Below, in pieces: positions 29,232 to 45,079 of a DNA stretch of 64,000 bases. The DNA comes from Chrysomallon squamiferum (taxonomy: Eukaryota; Animalia; Mollusca), in the NCBI GenBank assembly GCA_012295275.1, contig CM022678.1, positions 7,192,001-7,256,000 on the forward strand. Direction: 5' to 3'. A program made the position numbers and the translations under genes. The notes beneath the pieces are model-generated. The model ran no database searches. It had not been told where the DNA came from and was given only the letters and a program-made list of their open reading frames with translations. Position 1 is the stretch's first letter, and every line of letters starts with the position of its first letter.

Positions 29232-29505
29232 AAAAGCAAAGTTCAGTTCATTTAACTGTTCATCCTTTTTCGTTTATCTTCTTCTTCTTCTTCTTATTAT
29301 TATTATTTAAACAGATGACATGAACGGAGATCACATTCAACTTGTTGACAATGAAGGGAGTTTGGAGAAGAGGTTTAACAAAAGGGGCTGGTCTGTTGGA
29401 CGAGGTGGATTAAACTATCGACGGGGAAATTTCAGGTTCAGCGCCACCCCAACATTCCGAGGAGGGGGTGTTGGCGCTAGAGCTACATTCTCATGGAGGT
29501 TTTAA
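28302..29505 (+). CDS. Secreted prepropeptide, copy 2 (clade A); exons 28302-28512 and 29315-29505; 133 aa; mature FNKRGWSVGRGGLNYRRGNFRFSATPTFRGGGVGARATFSWRF
   Basis: Same two-exon structure as copy 1, TATAAATA at 28201, intact frame. Confidence 0.9.
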
Positions 29506-31948
29506 AATAAGTACCTGTCTAAAACCCGTGAAGATGTTCAGAATGAAATAAATGACGTAGAAGATAGAGATTATAGTTTGTTTTGGTCTTCTTTATAATT
29601 AAAGTATCATCATCATCATCATCATCATCATTATTATTATTATTATTACTATTAGTGTTAATGTTAGTACTAAGGCACCACCATGACTACAAATACCACT
29701 AATAATACTGTTACAACTCTACTACAAATATTACAACTACCACCACCACTGCTACTAGTATTAATCCTTGTATATGTATGTATGTGTGCGCGTATATATG
29801 TTTGTATTCAAAACTTTTCTGAAAATTACGTACTTACGTACATCATAGCAATTTTTCTTTGATCTTTTTTTTAGCTTTTGTTTAGTATCATAAGAAGTTA
29901 CTTCAAATGAATAACAATGCACACTCTGATTTAACCCTGTCCAGAACAATTCACATGTCAAGAAAAAATCTGTCTTCTTTAGTAATATACGCTTTTAAGG
30001 AGTAGGTGGAGCTCCGAAGAATGACAAATGAAAGGATCAGTTATTTTGTTTCTGTTGTGTTACGTTTTGTTTCAACCACTGAACAATGGCTTGTATATTG
30101 TTTTTGTTTCTTCATCTTTCTGTTAAACAGGGCCGGATCTATTATGAAAGTAATGAAACATAAGCTTCCGGGCCCCAAACTCAACTGGATACCAGAAGCG
30201 AATTTAATTCACACTGCTTCAAAAAATCAAAAATGCCGTTGTTATTTCTTTTTTTAAATTAATAGGTGATCTGCCAAGGAACAAATCCATGATAAAAAAT
30301 AATCATTGATTACCCAGAGGTCGTTCCTGTTTCCGAAGGCCTCCATACCAATACAATTGTCAGGGGCTTCAAAATTGTAGGTTCCCCAACTGTTAATAAA
30401 GCTAATTTAAAACGTGTTGGTACTAATGACTTACTGTTGATTATTGGCAAAATACTCACACCTTCATTTTAAAACAGTAAACTGGATCTACTCAAGAATT
30501 CAGAGATATAAAATATAGAAGACCATTGTTAGTAAAGTATAAAGTCACAGTACTCATGTCAAATAAAATGCATCCGCAAGAGTACGCCTTATCAAATATG
30601 GTACATACGTCAAAGTATTCCATGTTAAAATATATGTCAGAGTTTTCCACGTTAAATAGAAAGAAATTCACATATTCATGAAAATATGCCTGTCAGAAGA
30701 AATACATAAATCAGAATATGTCACGTCAAATAAAATACATACTTCAGACTTCGTTATATCTGGTAAAATACACACGTCAGAGTTCGCCTTATCAAATACA
30801 TTCAGGAAGTGCAATATGATGACGATCCTGAGATCCTCTGCGCTTCAGAGCATACATAAACAAAGACAACTGTTTTGTTGGGTTATTTCAAAACACGTAA
30901 AGGAAATCAGGGGTAACGCGAAATTATTAGAAGCAAATAAACTTTTATATGAAAATTTATCCAATGGTTTTATACACCAACTGGCTACTACCAGTCCTGT
31001 GAATCGATCATTCTACCTGTTTCGTTTCATGACTAATAAACCATTCGTTATTTCCAGTAATTACGTTTAATATTTTTATTTCTATATGATCTATATAAAG
31101 TATATCTTGATAACATTAATTGTTGTGTGGGTTTTGTTGTGCATAGGCACTTTTGAAGATGATGCAACCATCGATTTCTTTTTATTTATTTATTTTCAAA
31201 GGTAGAACATGTCCTTCCTTAGTATTTGATATAACAGTATATAAAAGTATTTTTATTAGCAGTAACACAAAATAAAATAATGTTCTTAGACTTTTTCCAT
31301 AGACACTTTAAGACATACCATCTTCTATTATTTCACAGAATAAACTTATTTTCATTAGCAATCACTGTTTTTATATTCGTGTTCAGTCATATGAACGTAA
31401 GTAGTTTTTAATATTTGTTGATAAACAGTGATGGAAAGCGGTTATAGGAATTGTGATACGCTGAGGTCAGTGAGGCAAAGGCTGGTAAGGAAAGGCGTAA
31501 ATGAGTGTTGTCATTTATCTTCTTTTAACTTATCTCAGTATGCTCATTTTCTCATGGGTAATCTAGTCTGAAGTTTATTGATATTTGATGATGACCATGA
31601 TTATGAAGATGATGATGATTGCGATAACAAAAACAATAACAACTATGTTAATGATAAAGATGATAATAATGATGATAATGCTGATGATAATGATAATAAT
31701 GATGATAATGATGATTATAATGATGATTATAATGATGGTAATTATGATATTGTAATAAAATATCATTACTGGTAGTACTTCTTTGATTAAATACTGGTAA
31801 TAAAACAAAATGGACATAAACTGCAAACTTAAAACAGGTGGAAGCTCTTTCTTTGCATACTCTTCCATTTATATCACTGTTTTTTTGTGGTTTTATTCTT
31901 CTTCTTCTTGTTCTTCTTCTTATTATTATCATGATCATGATCATCATG

Positions 31949-32020
<72 letters not shown>

Positions 32021-32397
32021 TATTATTATTGTTATTATTATTATTATTATCGTTATTATTATTATTCATTTCATACTACGTTTTCAAACCGACGTTCTGA
32101 CGCCTCTTTCAGTGATATCCGGGACGGGTCTATGCATTGCACGTTATTAAATAACAAAAGGTAATGAAACACCAACACTGTCACAGTAAATAAAACTATT
32201 AAGATAAGAAAAAACGTCTCACCTCTTTAATAATCTAATTAACTACAGATAGTCTTATCTGTGAAAAATGGTATCAGCTGGTACCACGAACAATGGTATA
32301 AATACATCCACACGTTTTTAATACTTCATAGAGAATAGATCGTAGGCAATATTATAGTAGAAGTGAATACAGCTTAAAATACACAGCAAGGATAATC

Positions 32398-33270
32398 ATG
32401 TCACTGAAACTAATAATTTTATTTTTTGCTGCGGTGCTCCTTACAGCTCAGGCTGCTTCTTTAGCGGAAAATTCTGGAAAGAGTGACGTCACAGACGAGA
32501 TACAAGACGCAGACGACAGTGATTATGCTTTTGACATGAGAGATGTAACAGAGGATGATCTTCGCGAATTAATCCATTATGTGCAAGACAATCTAAAGAG
32601 AGCTGCTGGTAAGTTAAAGTGAAAAAAAAAGAAAAACAGAATAAGATTTTTAGTTCAAAAGTTCAGAAGTTAATAATTTTATTTATTTTTAATCCATCCT
32701 AGTGTCGTCAAACTATTGTTTATAAATACTGATATCATTTTTCAACAAAATTTAATTGCAGCAAAATATAAATATATAATTTAATGAATTACTACTACTA
32801 CTACTACTACTGCTACTAATAATAATAATATTAAAATAATAATAATAATAATAAGGCCTTTTAGATTTTAATTTCACAGAAATATCATAAAGAAAATAAA
32901 CTTTTAATTTCCTTTGCAGTACTTTTTAATATATATATATATATATATATATCTAAAGATTATATAAACATATATAAAAAGTAATTAAGGAATTAAAGAA
33001 AGTTTTTGATATTTGATCAGGCATGTATTGTTTATGCGAGTTTAGTAAATCATATATGTATTAATTATAGAAAATAAACAAAATTGTTTTAGTCGCTAGA
33101 ATATGACGAAGGCTAGTAATAAACATGTCCGACTTTACATTAATACAGAAATAAAGAGGAACGTCGTCCTGTGTCTTCCATCTAATTTTATCATAGCTAA
33201 ATAGGCATTATTTTTAAGTTATTTATTTATTTATTTATTTATCATCATCATCATCTTTATTATTACCATG

Positions 33271-33324
<54 letters not shown>

Positions 33325-33620
33325 AAAGCAAAGTTCAGTTCATTTAACTGTTCATCCTTTTTCGTTGATCTTCTTCTTCTTTTCTTCTTCTTCTTCTTCT
33401 TCTTCTTATTATTATTATTATTTAACCAGATGACATGAACGGAGATCACATTCAACTTGTTGACAATGAAGGGAGTTTGGAGAAGAGGTTTAACAAAAGG
33501 GGCTGGTCTGTTGGACGAGGTGGATTAAGCTATCGACGGGGAAATTTCAGGTTCAGCGCCACCCCAACATTCGGAAGAGGAGGTGCTGGCGCTAGAGCTA
33601 CATTCTCATGGAGGTTTTAA
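32398..33620 (+). CDS. Secreted prepropeptide, copy 3 (clade A); exons 32398-32608 and 33430-33620; mature FNKRGWSVGRGGLSYRRGNFRFSATPTFGRGGAGARATFSWRF
   Basis: Same structure, TATAAATA at 32297, intact frame. Confidence 0.9.
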
Positions 33621-33720
33621 AATAATTACCTGTTTAAAACCCGTGAAGATGTTCAGAATGAAATAAATGACGTAGAAGATAGAGATTATAGTTTGTTTTG
33701 GTCTTCTTTATAATTAAAGT

Positions 33721-33758
<38 letters not shown>

Positions 33759-35306
33759 TATTATTATTATTACTATTAGTGTTAATGTTAGTACTAAGGC
33801 ACCACCATGACTACAGCTACCACTAATAATACTGTTACAACTCTACTACAAATATTACAACTACCACCACCACTGCTACTAGTATTAATCCTTGTATATG
33901 TATGTGTGCGCGTATATATGTTTGTATTCAAAACTTTTCTGAAAATTACGTACTTACGTACATCATAGCAATTTTTCTTTGATCTTTTTTTTAGCTTTTG
34001 TTTAGTATCATAAGAAGTTACTTCAAATGAATAACAATGCACACTCTGATTTAACCCTGTCCAGAACAATTCACATGTCAAGAAAAAATCTGTCTTCTTT
34101 AGTAATATACGCTTTTAAGGAGTAGGTGGAGCTCCGAAGAATGACAAATGAGAGAATGAGTTATTTTGTTTCTGTTGTGTTACGTTTTGTTTCAACCACT
34201 GAACAATGGCTTGTATATTGTTTTTGTTTCTTCATCTTTCTGTTAAACAGGGCCGGATCTATTATGAAAGTAATGAAACATAAGCTTCCGGGCCCCAAAC
34301 TCAACTGGATACCAGAAGCGAATTTAATTCACACTGCTTCAAAAAATCAGAAATGCCGTTGTTATTTCTTTTTTTAAATTAATAGATGATCTGCCATGGA
34401 ACAAATCCATGATAAAAAATAATCATTGATTACCCAGAGGTCGTTCCTGTTTCTGAAGGCCTCCATACCAATACAATTGTCAGGGGCTTCAAAATTGTAG
34501 GTTCCCCAACTGTTAATAAAGGTAATTTAAAACGTGTTGGTACTAATGGCTTACTGTTGATTATTGGCAAACTACTCACACCATCATTTTAAAACAGTAA
34601 ACTGGATCTACTCAAGAATTGAGACATATAAAATATGGAAGACCATTGTTAGTAAAGTATACATGAGTCAGAGTAGGGCATCTTAAAAGAACTCACTTCA
34701 CAGGACTCATGTCAAACAAAATGCATCCGCAAGTGTACGCCTTATCAGATATGACATTCGTCAAAGTATTCCATGTTAAAGTATATGTCAGAGTTTCCCA
34801 CGTTAAATAAAAAGGAATTCACATACATCACAGTACGTCAGAGAACGCCATATTAAATACATTCATGAAAATATGCCTGTCAAATAAAATACATAAATCA
34901 GAATACGTCACATCAAATAAAATACATACTTCAGAGTTCGCCATATGTGGTAAAATACACACGTCAAATACGCGACTTCAGGAAGTGCAACGATGATGCA
35001 CGATCCTGAGATCCTCTGCGTTTCAAAGAATTTACTACGCAGTCAATGACAACTCGTTTTGTTGGGTTATTTCTTTTAAACACGTGTAAGGAAATCAGGG
35101 ATAATGTAAATTATTAGAAGCAAAGAAACTTTTATATGAAAATTTATCCAATGGTTTTGATACACCAACTGGCTACTTCCAGTCCTGTGAATCGATCCTT
35201 CTATCTGTTTCGTTTCATGACTAGTAAACCATTCGTTATTTCCAGTAATTACGTTTAATATTTTTATTTCTATATGATCTATATTAAGTATATCTTGAGA
35301 ACATTA

Positions 35307-35354
<48 letters not shown>

Positions 35355-36300
35355 GGCAAGCTGTTTTTGATGATGCAACACAGAATGGATTTCTTTTTAT
35401 TTATTTAATTTCAAAGGTAGAACATGTCCTTCCTTAGTGTTTGATATAACAATACATAAAATAATGTTCTTAGACTTTTTCCATACACACTTTAAGACAA
35501 ACAATCTTCTGTTATGTCACAAAATAAACTTATTTTCATTAGCAATCGGAAGAAAATTATTTATGCCTTCCCGTAGAAAGGAGTGTGGCTGTACAGAGGT
35601 TTCATTCAATTTATGTCCGTTGTTATCACTATTCTTATATTCGTATTTAGTCATATGAACGTAAGTAGTTTTTAATATTTGTTGATAAACAGTGATGGAA
35701 AGCGGTTATAGGAATTGTGATACACTGAGGTCAGTGAGGCAAAGGTTGGTAAGGAAAGGCGTAAATGAGTGTTGTCATTTATCTTCTTTTAACTTATCTC
35801 AGTAAGCTCATTTTCTCATCGGTAATCTAGTCTGAAATTTATTGATATTTGATGATGACCATGATGATGAAGATGATGATGGTGATAACAAAAACAATAA
35901 CAACAATGTTAATGTTAATGATAATGATGATGAGAATGCTGATAATGCTGATGATAATAATGATGATTATAATGATGGTAATTATGATGATGTAATAAAA
36001 TATCGTTACTGGTAGTACTTCTTTGATTCAATACTGGTAATAAAACAAAATAAACTGCAAACTAAAACCAGGTGGAAGCTCTTCCATTTCGATCAATGTT
36101 TTTTTTTTTTTTTTTTTTTTTGTTATTATGATTAGTATTATTATCATCATCATCATCATCATCATTACTACTACTACAACTACTACTATTACTACTACTA
36201 CTATTACTACTACTACTACTACTACTACCAATTATTATTATTGTTGTTGTTATTATTATCATCATCATCATCATCGTCATCATCATCATCATCATCATCA

Positions 36301-36331
<31 letters not shown>

Positions 36332-36666
36332 CATTCATTTCATACTACATTTTCAAACCGACGTTCTGACGCCTCTTTCAGTGATATCCGGGACGGGTCT
36401 ATGCATTGCACGTTATTAAATAACAAAAGGTAATGAAACACCAACACTGTCACAGTAAATAAAACTATTAAGATAAGAAAAAACGTCTCACCTCTTTAAT
36501 AATCTAATTAACTACAGATAGTCTTATCTGTGAAAAATGGTATCAGCTGGTACCACGAACAATGGTATAAATACATCCACACGTTTTTAATACTTCACAG
36601 AGAATAGATCGTAGGCAATATTATAGTAGAAGTGAATACAGCTTAAAATACACAGCAAGGATAATC

Positions 36667-37194
36667 ATGTCACTGAAACTAATAATTTTATTTTTCGCTG
36701 CGGTGCTCCTTACAGTTCAGGCGGCTTCTTTAGCGGAAAATTCTGGAAAGAGTGACGTCACAGACGAGATACAAGACGCAGACGACAGTGATTATGCTTT
36801 TGACATGAGAGATGTAACAGAGGATGATCTTCGCGAATTAATCCATTATGTGCAAGACAATCTAAAGAGAGCTGCTGGTAAGTTAAAGTGAAAAAAAAAG
36901 AAAAACAGAATAAGATTTTTAGTTCAAAAGTTCAGAAGTTAATAATTTTATTTATTTTTAATCCATCCTAGTGTCGTCAAACTATTGTTTATAAATACTG
37001 ATATCATTTTTCAACAAAATTTAATTGCAGCAAAATATAAATATATAATTTAATGAATTACTACTACTACTACTACTACTACTGCTACTAATAATAATGA
37101 TATTAAAATAATAATAATAATAATAAGGCCTTTTAGATTTTAATTTCACAGAAATATCATAAAGAAAATAAACTTTTAATTTCCTTTGCAGTAC

Positions 37195-37252
<58 letters not shown>

Positions 37253-37516
37253 AAAGATTATATAAACATATATAAAAAGTAATTAAGGAATTAAAGAAAG
37301 TTTTTGATATTTGATCAGGCATGTATTGTTTATGCGAGTTTAGTAAATCATATATGTATTAATTATAGAAAATAAACAAAATTGTTTTAGTCGCTAGAAT
37401 ATGACGAAGGCTAGTAATAAACATCTCCGACTTTACATTAATACAGAAATAAAGAGGAACGTCGTCCTGTGTCTTCCATCTAATTTTATCATAGCTAAAT
37501 AGGCATTATTTTTAAG

Positions 37517-37547
<31 letters not shown>

Positions 37548-37573
37548 TCATCATCATCTTTATTATTACCATG

Positions 37574-37612
<39 letters not shown>

Positions 37613-37672
37613 AAAGCAAAGTTCAGTTCATTTAACTGTTCATCCTTTTTCGTTGATCTTCTTCTTCTTCTT

Positions 37673-37703
<31 letters not shown>

Positions 37704-37921
37704 TTATTATTATTATTATTATTTAAACAGATGACATGAACGGAGATCACATTCAACTTGTTGACAATGAAGGGAGTTTGGAGAAGAGAGTGAACCCTGG
37801 GCACTGGTCTGTTGGACGAGGTGGATTAAGCTATCGACGGGGAAATTTCAGGTTCAGCGCCACCCCAACATTCGGAAGAGGAGGTCTTGGCGCTAGAGCT
37901 ACATTCTCATGGAGGTTTTAA
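36667..37921 (+). CDS. Secreted prepropeptide, copy 4 (clade A); exons 36667-36877 and 37731-37921; mature VNPGHWSVGRGGLSYRRGNFRFSATPTFGRGGLGARATFSWRF
   Basis: Same structure, TATAAATA at 36566, intact frame. Confidence 0.9.
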
Positions 37922-39515
37922 AATAAGTACCTGTCTAAAACCCGTGAAGTTGTTCAGAATGAAATAAATGACGTAGAAGATAGAGATTAAAATTTGTTTT
38001 CGTCTTTTTTATAATTATAATATATATATTTTTGTTTTCGCGAGCTGTATTATTAATACTATTACACTAATACTACCATATTATCCTAATATCACTATTA
38101 CTACTACTACTACTACTAATACTGTTACAACTCTGTGTGTGTGTCTGTGTGTGGACACGTAGGTACGTATGTACGTAATTTACAGATAACGTTCTTTGTT
38201 GTTTCGTTTAGCTTTTATTTAGTATCATAAGAAGTTTCTTCAAATGAATAACAGTGCACACTCTGATTTAACCCTGTCCAGAACAATACACGTCAAGAAA
38301 AATTGTGTCTTCTTTAGTAATGTCCGGTTTTATGTAGAAGATGGAGTTCCGAAGAATGACAAATGAGAGAATCAGTTATTTTGTTTCATTTGTGTTATGT
38401 TTTGTTTCAACCACTGAACAATGGCTTGTATATTGTTTTTGTTTTTTCATCTTTCTGTTAAACAGGGTCGGATCTATTATGAAACTAAGTGAATTTTAAG
38501 CTTCCGGGCCCCAAACATAACAGGACCCCTCAAGCGAATTTCGTTCACTCTGTTTAAAATTTTTTAATCTAAATAGGAAATGCCGTTGTTATTTTTATTT
38601 TAATTTTTAAAATTAATGGTTGTCTTTCGTGGAACAAATCCATGAAAAAAAAAAAAAAAAAAAATCAATGATTACCCAAACGTCGTTCCTGTTTCCGAAG
38701 GCCTCCATAGCAGTACAAGCTACAGGGCTTCAAAATTGTAGGTTCCCCAATTGTTAATAAAGGTAATTTAAAACATGTGATGGTACTAATGGCTTACTGT
38801 TGATTATTGGGAAAATACTCACACCATCATTTTAAAACAGTAAATTGGATCTACTCTAGAATTCAGAGATATAAAATATGGAAGACAATTTTAAGTAAAG
38901 TATACATGCGCCAGAGAACGGTATCTGAAAAGGACTCACTTCACAGTATTCATGTCAAACAAAATGCATGCGCAAGAGTACGCCTTATCAAATAAGGTAC
39001 ATACTTCAAAGTATTCCATGTTAAAGTATATGTCAGAGTTTCCCATGTTAAATAAAAAGAAATTCACATACATCACAGTACGTGAGAGAACGCCATATTA
39101 AATACATTCATGAAAATATGGTTGTCAAATAAAATACATAAATCAGAATGTGTCACGTCAAATAAAATACATACTTCAGAGTTCGCCTTGTCAAATATAC
39201 GATTTCAGGAAGTGCACCGACGATGAATGATCCTGATATCCTCTGCCCTTCAAAGAATTTACTACGCAGTCAATGACAACTCGTTCTGTTGGGTTATTTC
39301 TTTTAAACACGTGTAAGGAAATCAGAGGTAACGTGAAATTATTAGAAGCAAAGAAACTTTTATATGAAAATTTATCCAGTGGTTTTGATACACCAACTGG
39401 CTACTACCAGTCCTGTGAATCGATCATTCTACCTGTTTCGTTTCATGACTAATAAACCATTCGTTATTTTTTATTTCTATATGATCTATATGAAGTATAT
39501 CTTGATAACATTAAT

Positions 39516-39546
<31 letters not shown>

Positions 39547-40365
39547 GGGTGTGTTGCAAGCTGTTTTTGATGATGCAACACAGAATAGATTTCTTTTTAT
39601 TTATTTAATTTCAAAGGTAGAACATGTCCTTCCTTAGTATTTGATATAACAATACATACAAATATTTTTATTAGCAGTAACACAAAATAAAATAATGTAC
39701 TTAGACTTTTTCCATAGACACTTTAAGACATACCATCTTCTATTATTTCACAGAATAAACTTATTTTCATTAGTTATCAGTGTTCTTATATTCGTGTTCA
39801 GTGATATGAACGTAAGTAGTTTTTAATATTTGTATATAAACAGTGATGGAAAGCGGTTATAGGAATTGTGATACGCTGAGGTCAGTGAGGCAAAGGCTGG
39901 TAAGGAAGGGCGTAAATGAGTGTTGTCATTTATCTTCTTTTAACTTATCTCAGTATGCTCATTTTCTCATCGGTAATCTAATCTGAAATTTATTGATATT
40001 TGATGATGACCATGATTATGAAGATGATGATGATTGCGATAACAAAAACAATAACAACAATGTTAATGATAAAGATGATAATAATGATGATAATGCTGAT
40101 GATAATGATAATAATAATGATGATAATGATGATGATAATGATGATTATAATGATGGTAATTATGAAATTGTAATAAAATATCATTACTGGCAGTACCTCT
40201 TTGATTCAATACTGCTAATAAAACAAAATGGACATAAACTGCAAACTTAAAACAGGTGGAAGCTCTTTCTCTGCATACTCTTCCATTTATATCACTGTTT
40301 TTTTGTGGTTTTATTCTTCTTCTTCTTGTTCTTCTTCTTATTATTATCATGATCATGATCATCAT

Positions 40366-40456
<91 letters not shown>

Positions 40457-40804
40457 CGTTATTATTATTATTCATTTCATACTACGTTTTCAAACCGACA
40501 TTCTGACGCCTCTTTCAGTGATATCCGGGACGGGTCTATGCATTGCACGTTATTAAATAACAAAAGGTAATGAAACACCAACACTGTCACAGTAAATAAA
40601 ACTATTAAGATACAGAAAAAACGTCTCACCTCTTTAATAATCTAATTAACTACAGATAGTCTCATCTGTGAAAAATGGTATCAGCTGCTACCACGAACAA
40701 TGGTATAAATACATCCACACGTTTTTAATACTTCATAGACAATAGATCGTAGGCAATATTATAGTAGAAGTGAATACAGCTTAAAATACACAGCAAGCAT
40801 AATC

Positions 40805-41204
40805 ATGTCACTGAAACTAACAATTTTATTTTTTGCTGCGGTGCTCTTTACAGCTCAGGCTGCTTCTTTAGCGGAAAATTCTGGAAAGAGTGACGTCACA
40901 GACGAGATACAAGACGCAGACGACAGTGATTATGCTTTTGACATGAGAGATGTAACAGAGGATGATCTTCGCGAATTAATCCATTACGTGCAAGACAATC
41001 TCAAAAGAGCTGCTGGTAAGTTAAAGTAAAATAAAAAATTAAAAAACCTACAAGAATAAGATTTATAATTCAAAAGTTCAGAAGTTAGTAATTTTATTTA
41101 TTTTTAATCCATCCTAGTGTCGTCAAACTATTGTTTATAAAGACCGATATCATTTTTCAACAAAATTTAATTGCAGCAAAATATAAATATATAATTTAAT
41201 GAAT

Positions 41205-41251
<47 letters not shown>

Positions 41252-41364
41252 ATAATAATAATAATAATAATATTAAAATAATAATAATAATAATAAGGCC
41301 TTTTAGATTTTAATTTCACAGAAATATCATAAAGAAAATAAACTTTTAATTTCCTTTGCAGTAC

Positions 41365-41396
<32 letters not shown>

Positions 41397-41715
41397 CTAA
41401 AGATTATATAAACATATATAAAAAGTAATTAAGGAATTAAAGAAAGTTTTTGATATTTGATCAGGCATATGTTGTTTATGCGAGTTTAGTAAATCATATA
41501 TGTATTAATTATAGAAAATAAACAAATTCGTTTTAGTCGCTAGAATATGACGAAGGCTGGCTAATAAACATCTCCGACTTTACATTAATACAGAAATAAA
41601 GAGGAACGTCGTCCTGTGTCTTCCATCTAATTTTATCATAGCTAAATAAGCATTATTTCTAAGTTATTTATTTATTTATTTATTTATTTATCATCATCAT
41701 CATCTTTATTATTAC

Positions 41716-41773
<58 letters not shown>

Positions 41774-42064
41774 AAAGCAAAGCTCAGTTCATTTAACCGT
41801 TCATCCTTTTTCGTTTATCTATTTCTTGTTCTTGTTCTTCTTCTTCTTCTTCTTATTATTATTATTTAAACAGATGACATGAACGGAGATCACATTCAAC
41901 TTGTTGACAATGAAGGGAGTTTGGAGAAGAGGTTTAACAAAAGGGGCTGGTCTGTTGGACGAGGTGGATTAAACTATCGACGGGGAAATTTCAGGTTCAG
42001 CGCCACCCCAACATTCGGAAGAGGAGGTGTTGGCGCTAGAGCTACATTCTCATGGAGGTTTTAA
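40805..42064 (+). CDS. Secreted prepropeptide, copy 5 (clade A); exons 40805-41015 and 41874-42064; mature FNKRGWSVGRGGLNYRRGNFRFSATPTFGRGGVGARATFSWRF
   Basis: Same structure, TATAAATA at 40704, intact frame. Confidence 0.9.
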
Positions 42065-43818
42065 AATAAGTACCTGTTTAAAACCCGTGAAGATGTTCAG
42101 AATGAAATAAATGACGTAGAAGATAGAGATTATAATTTGTTTTCGTCTTGTTTATAATTAAAGTATCATCATCATCATCATCATCATCATTATTATTATT
42201 ATTATTACTACTACTGTTAATGTTAGTACTAAGGCACCACCATGACTACAACTACTACTAATAATACTGTTACAACTCTACCACAAATATTACAACTACC
42301 ACCACAACTGCTACTAGTATTAATTCTTGTATATGTATGTATGTGTGCGCGTATATATGTTTGTATGCAAAACTTTTTTTGAAAATTACGTACTCAAGTA
42401 CATTACAGCAATTTTTCTTTGATCTTTCTTTCAGCTTTCTTTAGCAGTTTAAAACGTTACCTCAAATGAATAACAATGCACACTCTGATTTAACCCTGTC
42501 CAGAACAATACACATGTAAAGAAAAATTGTGTCTTCTTTAGTAATGTGTATACTTTTATGGAGTAGGTGGAGCTGCGAAGAATGACAAATGAGCGGATCA
42601 GTTATTTTGTTTCTATTGTTTTATGTTTTGTTTCAACCACTGAACAATGGCTTGTATATTGTTTTTGTTTTTTCATCTTTCTGTTAAACAGGGTCAGATC
42701 TATTATGAAACTAAGTGAATTTTAAACTTCCGGGCCCCAAACGGAACAGGACCCCTGAAGCGAATTTAGTTCATAATGTTTAAAAATTTTAATCTAAATT
42801 GGAAATGCCGTTGTTATTTTCATTTTTATTTTTTAAAATTAATAGTGGTCTTCCATGGAACAAGTCCATGAACAAAAAAAAAAAAATCACTGGTTACCCA
42901 GACGTCGTTCCTGTTTGCGAAGACCTCCATAGCAGTACAAGCTATAGGGCTTCAAAATTGTAGGTTCCCCAACTGTTAATAAAGGTAATTTAAAACGTGA
43001 TGGTACTAATGGCTTACTGTTGATTACTGGCAAAATACTCAAACCATCATTTTAAAACAGTAAACTGGATCTACTCAAGAATTCAGACATATAAAATATG
43101 TAAGACCATTGTAAGTAAAGTATACATGCGCCATAGTACGGCATCTTAAAAGAACACACGTCAGAGTACTCATGTCAAATTAAATGAATGCGCAAGAGTA
43201 CGTGTTATAAAATATGGTGCATACGTCAAAGTACTCATGTTAAAGTATATGTCAGAGTTTCCCATGTTAAATAAAAAGAAATTCAGATACATCAGAGTAC
43301 GTCAGAGAACGCCATAGTAAATACATTCATGAGAATATGCCTGGCAAATAAAATACATAAATCAGAATATGTCTGGCAAATAAAATACATAAATCAGAAT
43401 ATGTCACGTCAAATAAAATACATACTTCAGAATACGTTATATCTTATAAAATACACACGTTAGAGTTCGCCTTGTCAAATACGCGATTTCAGGAAGTGCA
43501 CCGACGATGAATGATCCTGAGATCCTCTGCCCTTCAAAGAATTTACCACGCAGTCAAAGACAACTCGTTCTGTTGGGTTATTTCTTTTAAACACGTGTAA
43601 GGAAATCAGAGGTAACGTGAAATTATTGGAAGCAAAGAAACTTTTATATGAAAATTTATCCAATGGTTTTGATACACCAACTGGCTACTACCAGTCCTGT
43701 GAATCGATCATTCTACCTGTTTCGTTTCATGACTAATAAACCATTCGTTATTTTCAGTAATTACGTTTAATATTTTTATTTCTATATGGTCTATATAAAG
43801 TATATCTTGATAACATTA

Positions 43819-43925
<107 letters not shown>

Positions 43926-44699
43926 CTTTGTTTTTTGAACTGAAAGTTGTTTTGGATGATGCAACACAAAATCGATTTCTTTTTATTTATTTATTTTCAA
44001 AGGTAGAACATGTCCTTCCTTAGTGTTTGATATAACAATACATAAAATAATGTTCTTAGACTTTACCATACACACTTTAAGACATACCATCTTCGGTTAT
44101 GTCACAAAATAAACTTATTTTCATTAGCAATCGGGGAAAAATTATTTATGCCTTCCCGTAGAAAGGAGTGTGGCTGTACAGAGGTTTCATTCAATTTATG
44201 TCCGTTGTTATCAGTATTCTTATATTCGTGTTTAGTCATATGAACGTAAGTAGTTTTTAATATTTGTTGATAAACAGTGATGGAAAGCGGTTATAGGAAT
44301 TGTGATACGCTGAGGTCAGTGAGGCAAAGGTTGGTAAGGAAAGGCGTAAATGAGTGTTGTCATTTATCTTCTTTTAACTTATCTCAGTATGCTCATTTTC
44401 TCATCGGTAATCTAGTCTGAAATTTATTGATATTTGATGATGACCATGATGATGAAAATGATGATGGTGATAACAAAATCAATAACAACAAACAATATTA
44501 CCGATAATGATAATGATGATGAGAATGCTAATAATGATGATAATGATGGAAATTATGATGATGTAATAAAATATCATTACTAACAGTACTTCTTTGGTTC
44601 AATACTGGTAATAAAACAAAATGGACATAAAGTGCAAATTAAAACAGGTGGAAGCTCTTTCTCTGCATACTGTTCCATTTCTATCACGGTTTTTTGTGG

Positions 44700-44745
<46 letters not shown>

Positions 44746-45079
44746 TTACATACCACGTTTTCAAACCGAGTTTTTCACGCTCTTTCAATGATATCCGGGA
44801 TGTGTATCTGCATCGCACGTTATTAAATAACAAAAGACAATGATGCACCAACACACTTCCAGTAAATAAAACTATAGAGTTACAGAACTTCTCACCTCTT
44901 TTAATAATGTAATTAACTTACAGATAGTATCATCTCTGAAAACATGGTATCAGCTCGTTCGACGAACACTGGTATAAATACACCCACCCGCTTTTTATAC
45001 TTCATATTGATAGAGAGTAGATCATAGACAATATTATAGTAGAAGTGAATACAACTTAAAATACACAGCAAGCATAATC

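Noticed and set aside
30006-30257. Recurrent spacer ORF MELRRMTNER.. (also 34126-34377) and MEALSLHTLPF.. ORFs
   Set aside because: They recur only because the unit is duplicated; they have non-ATG starts and frames broken in other copies.
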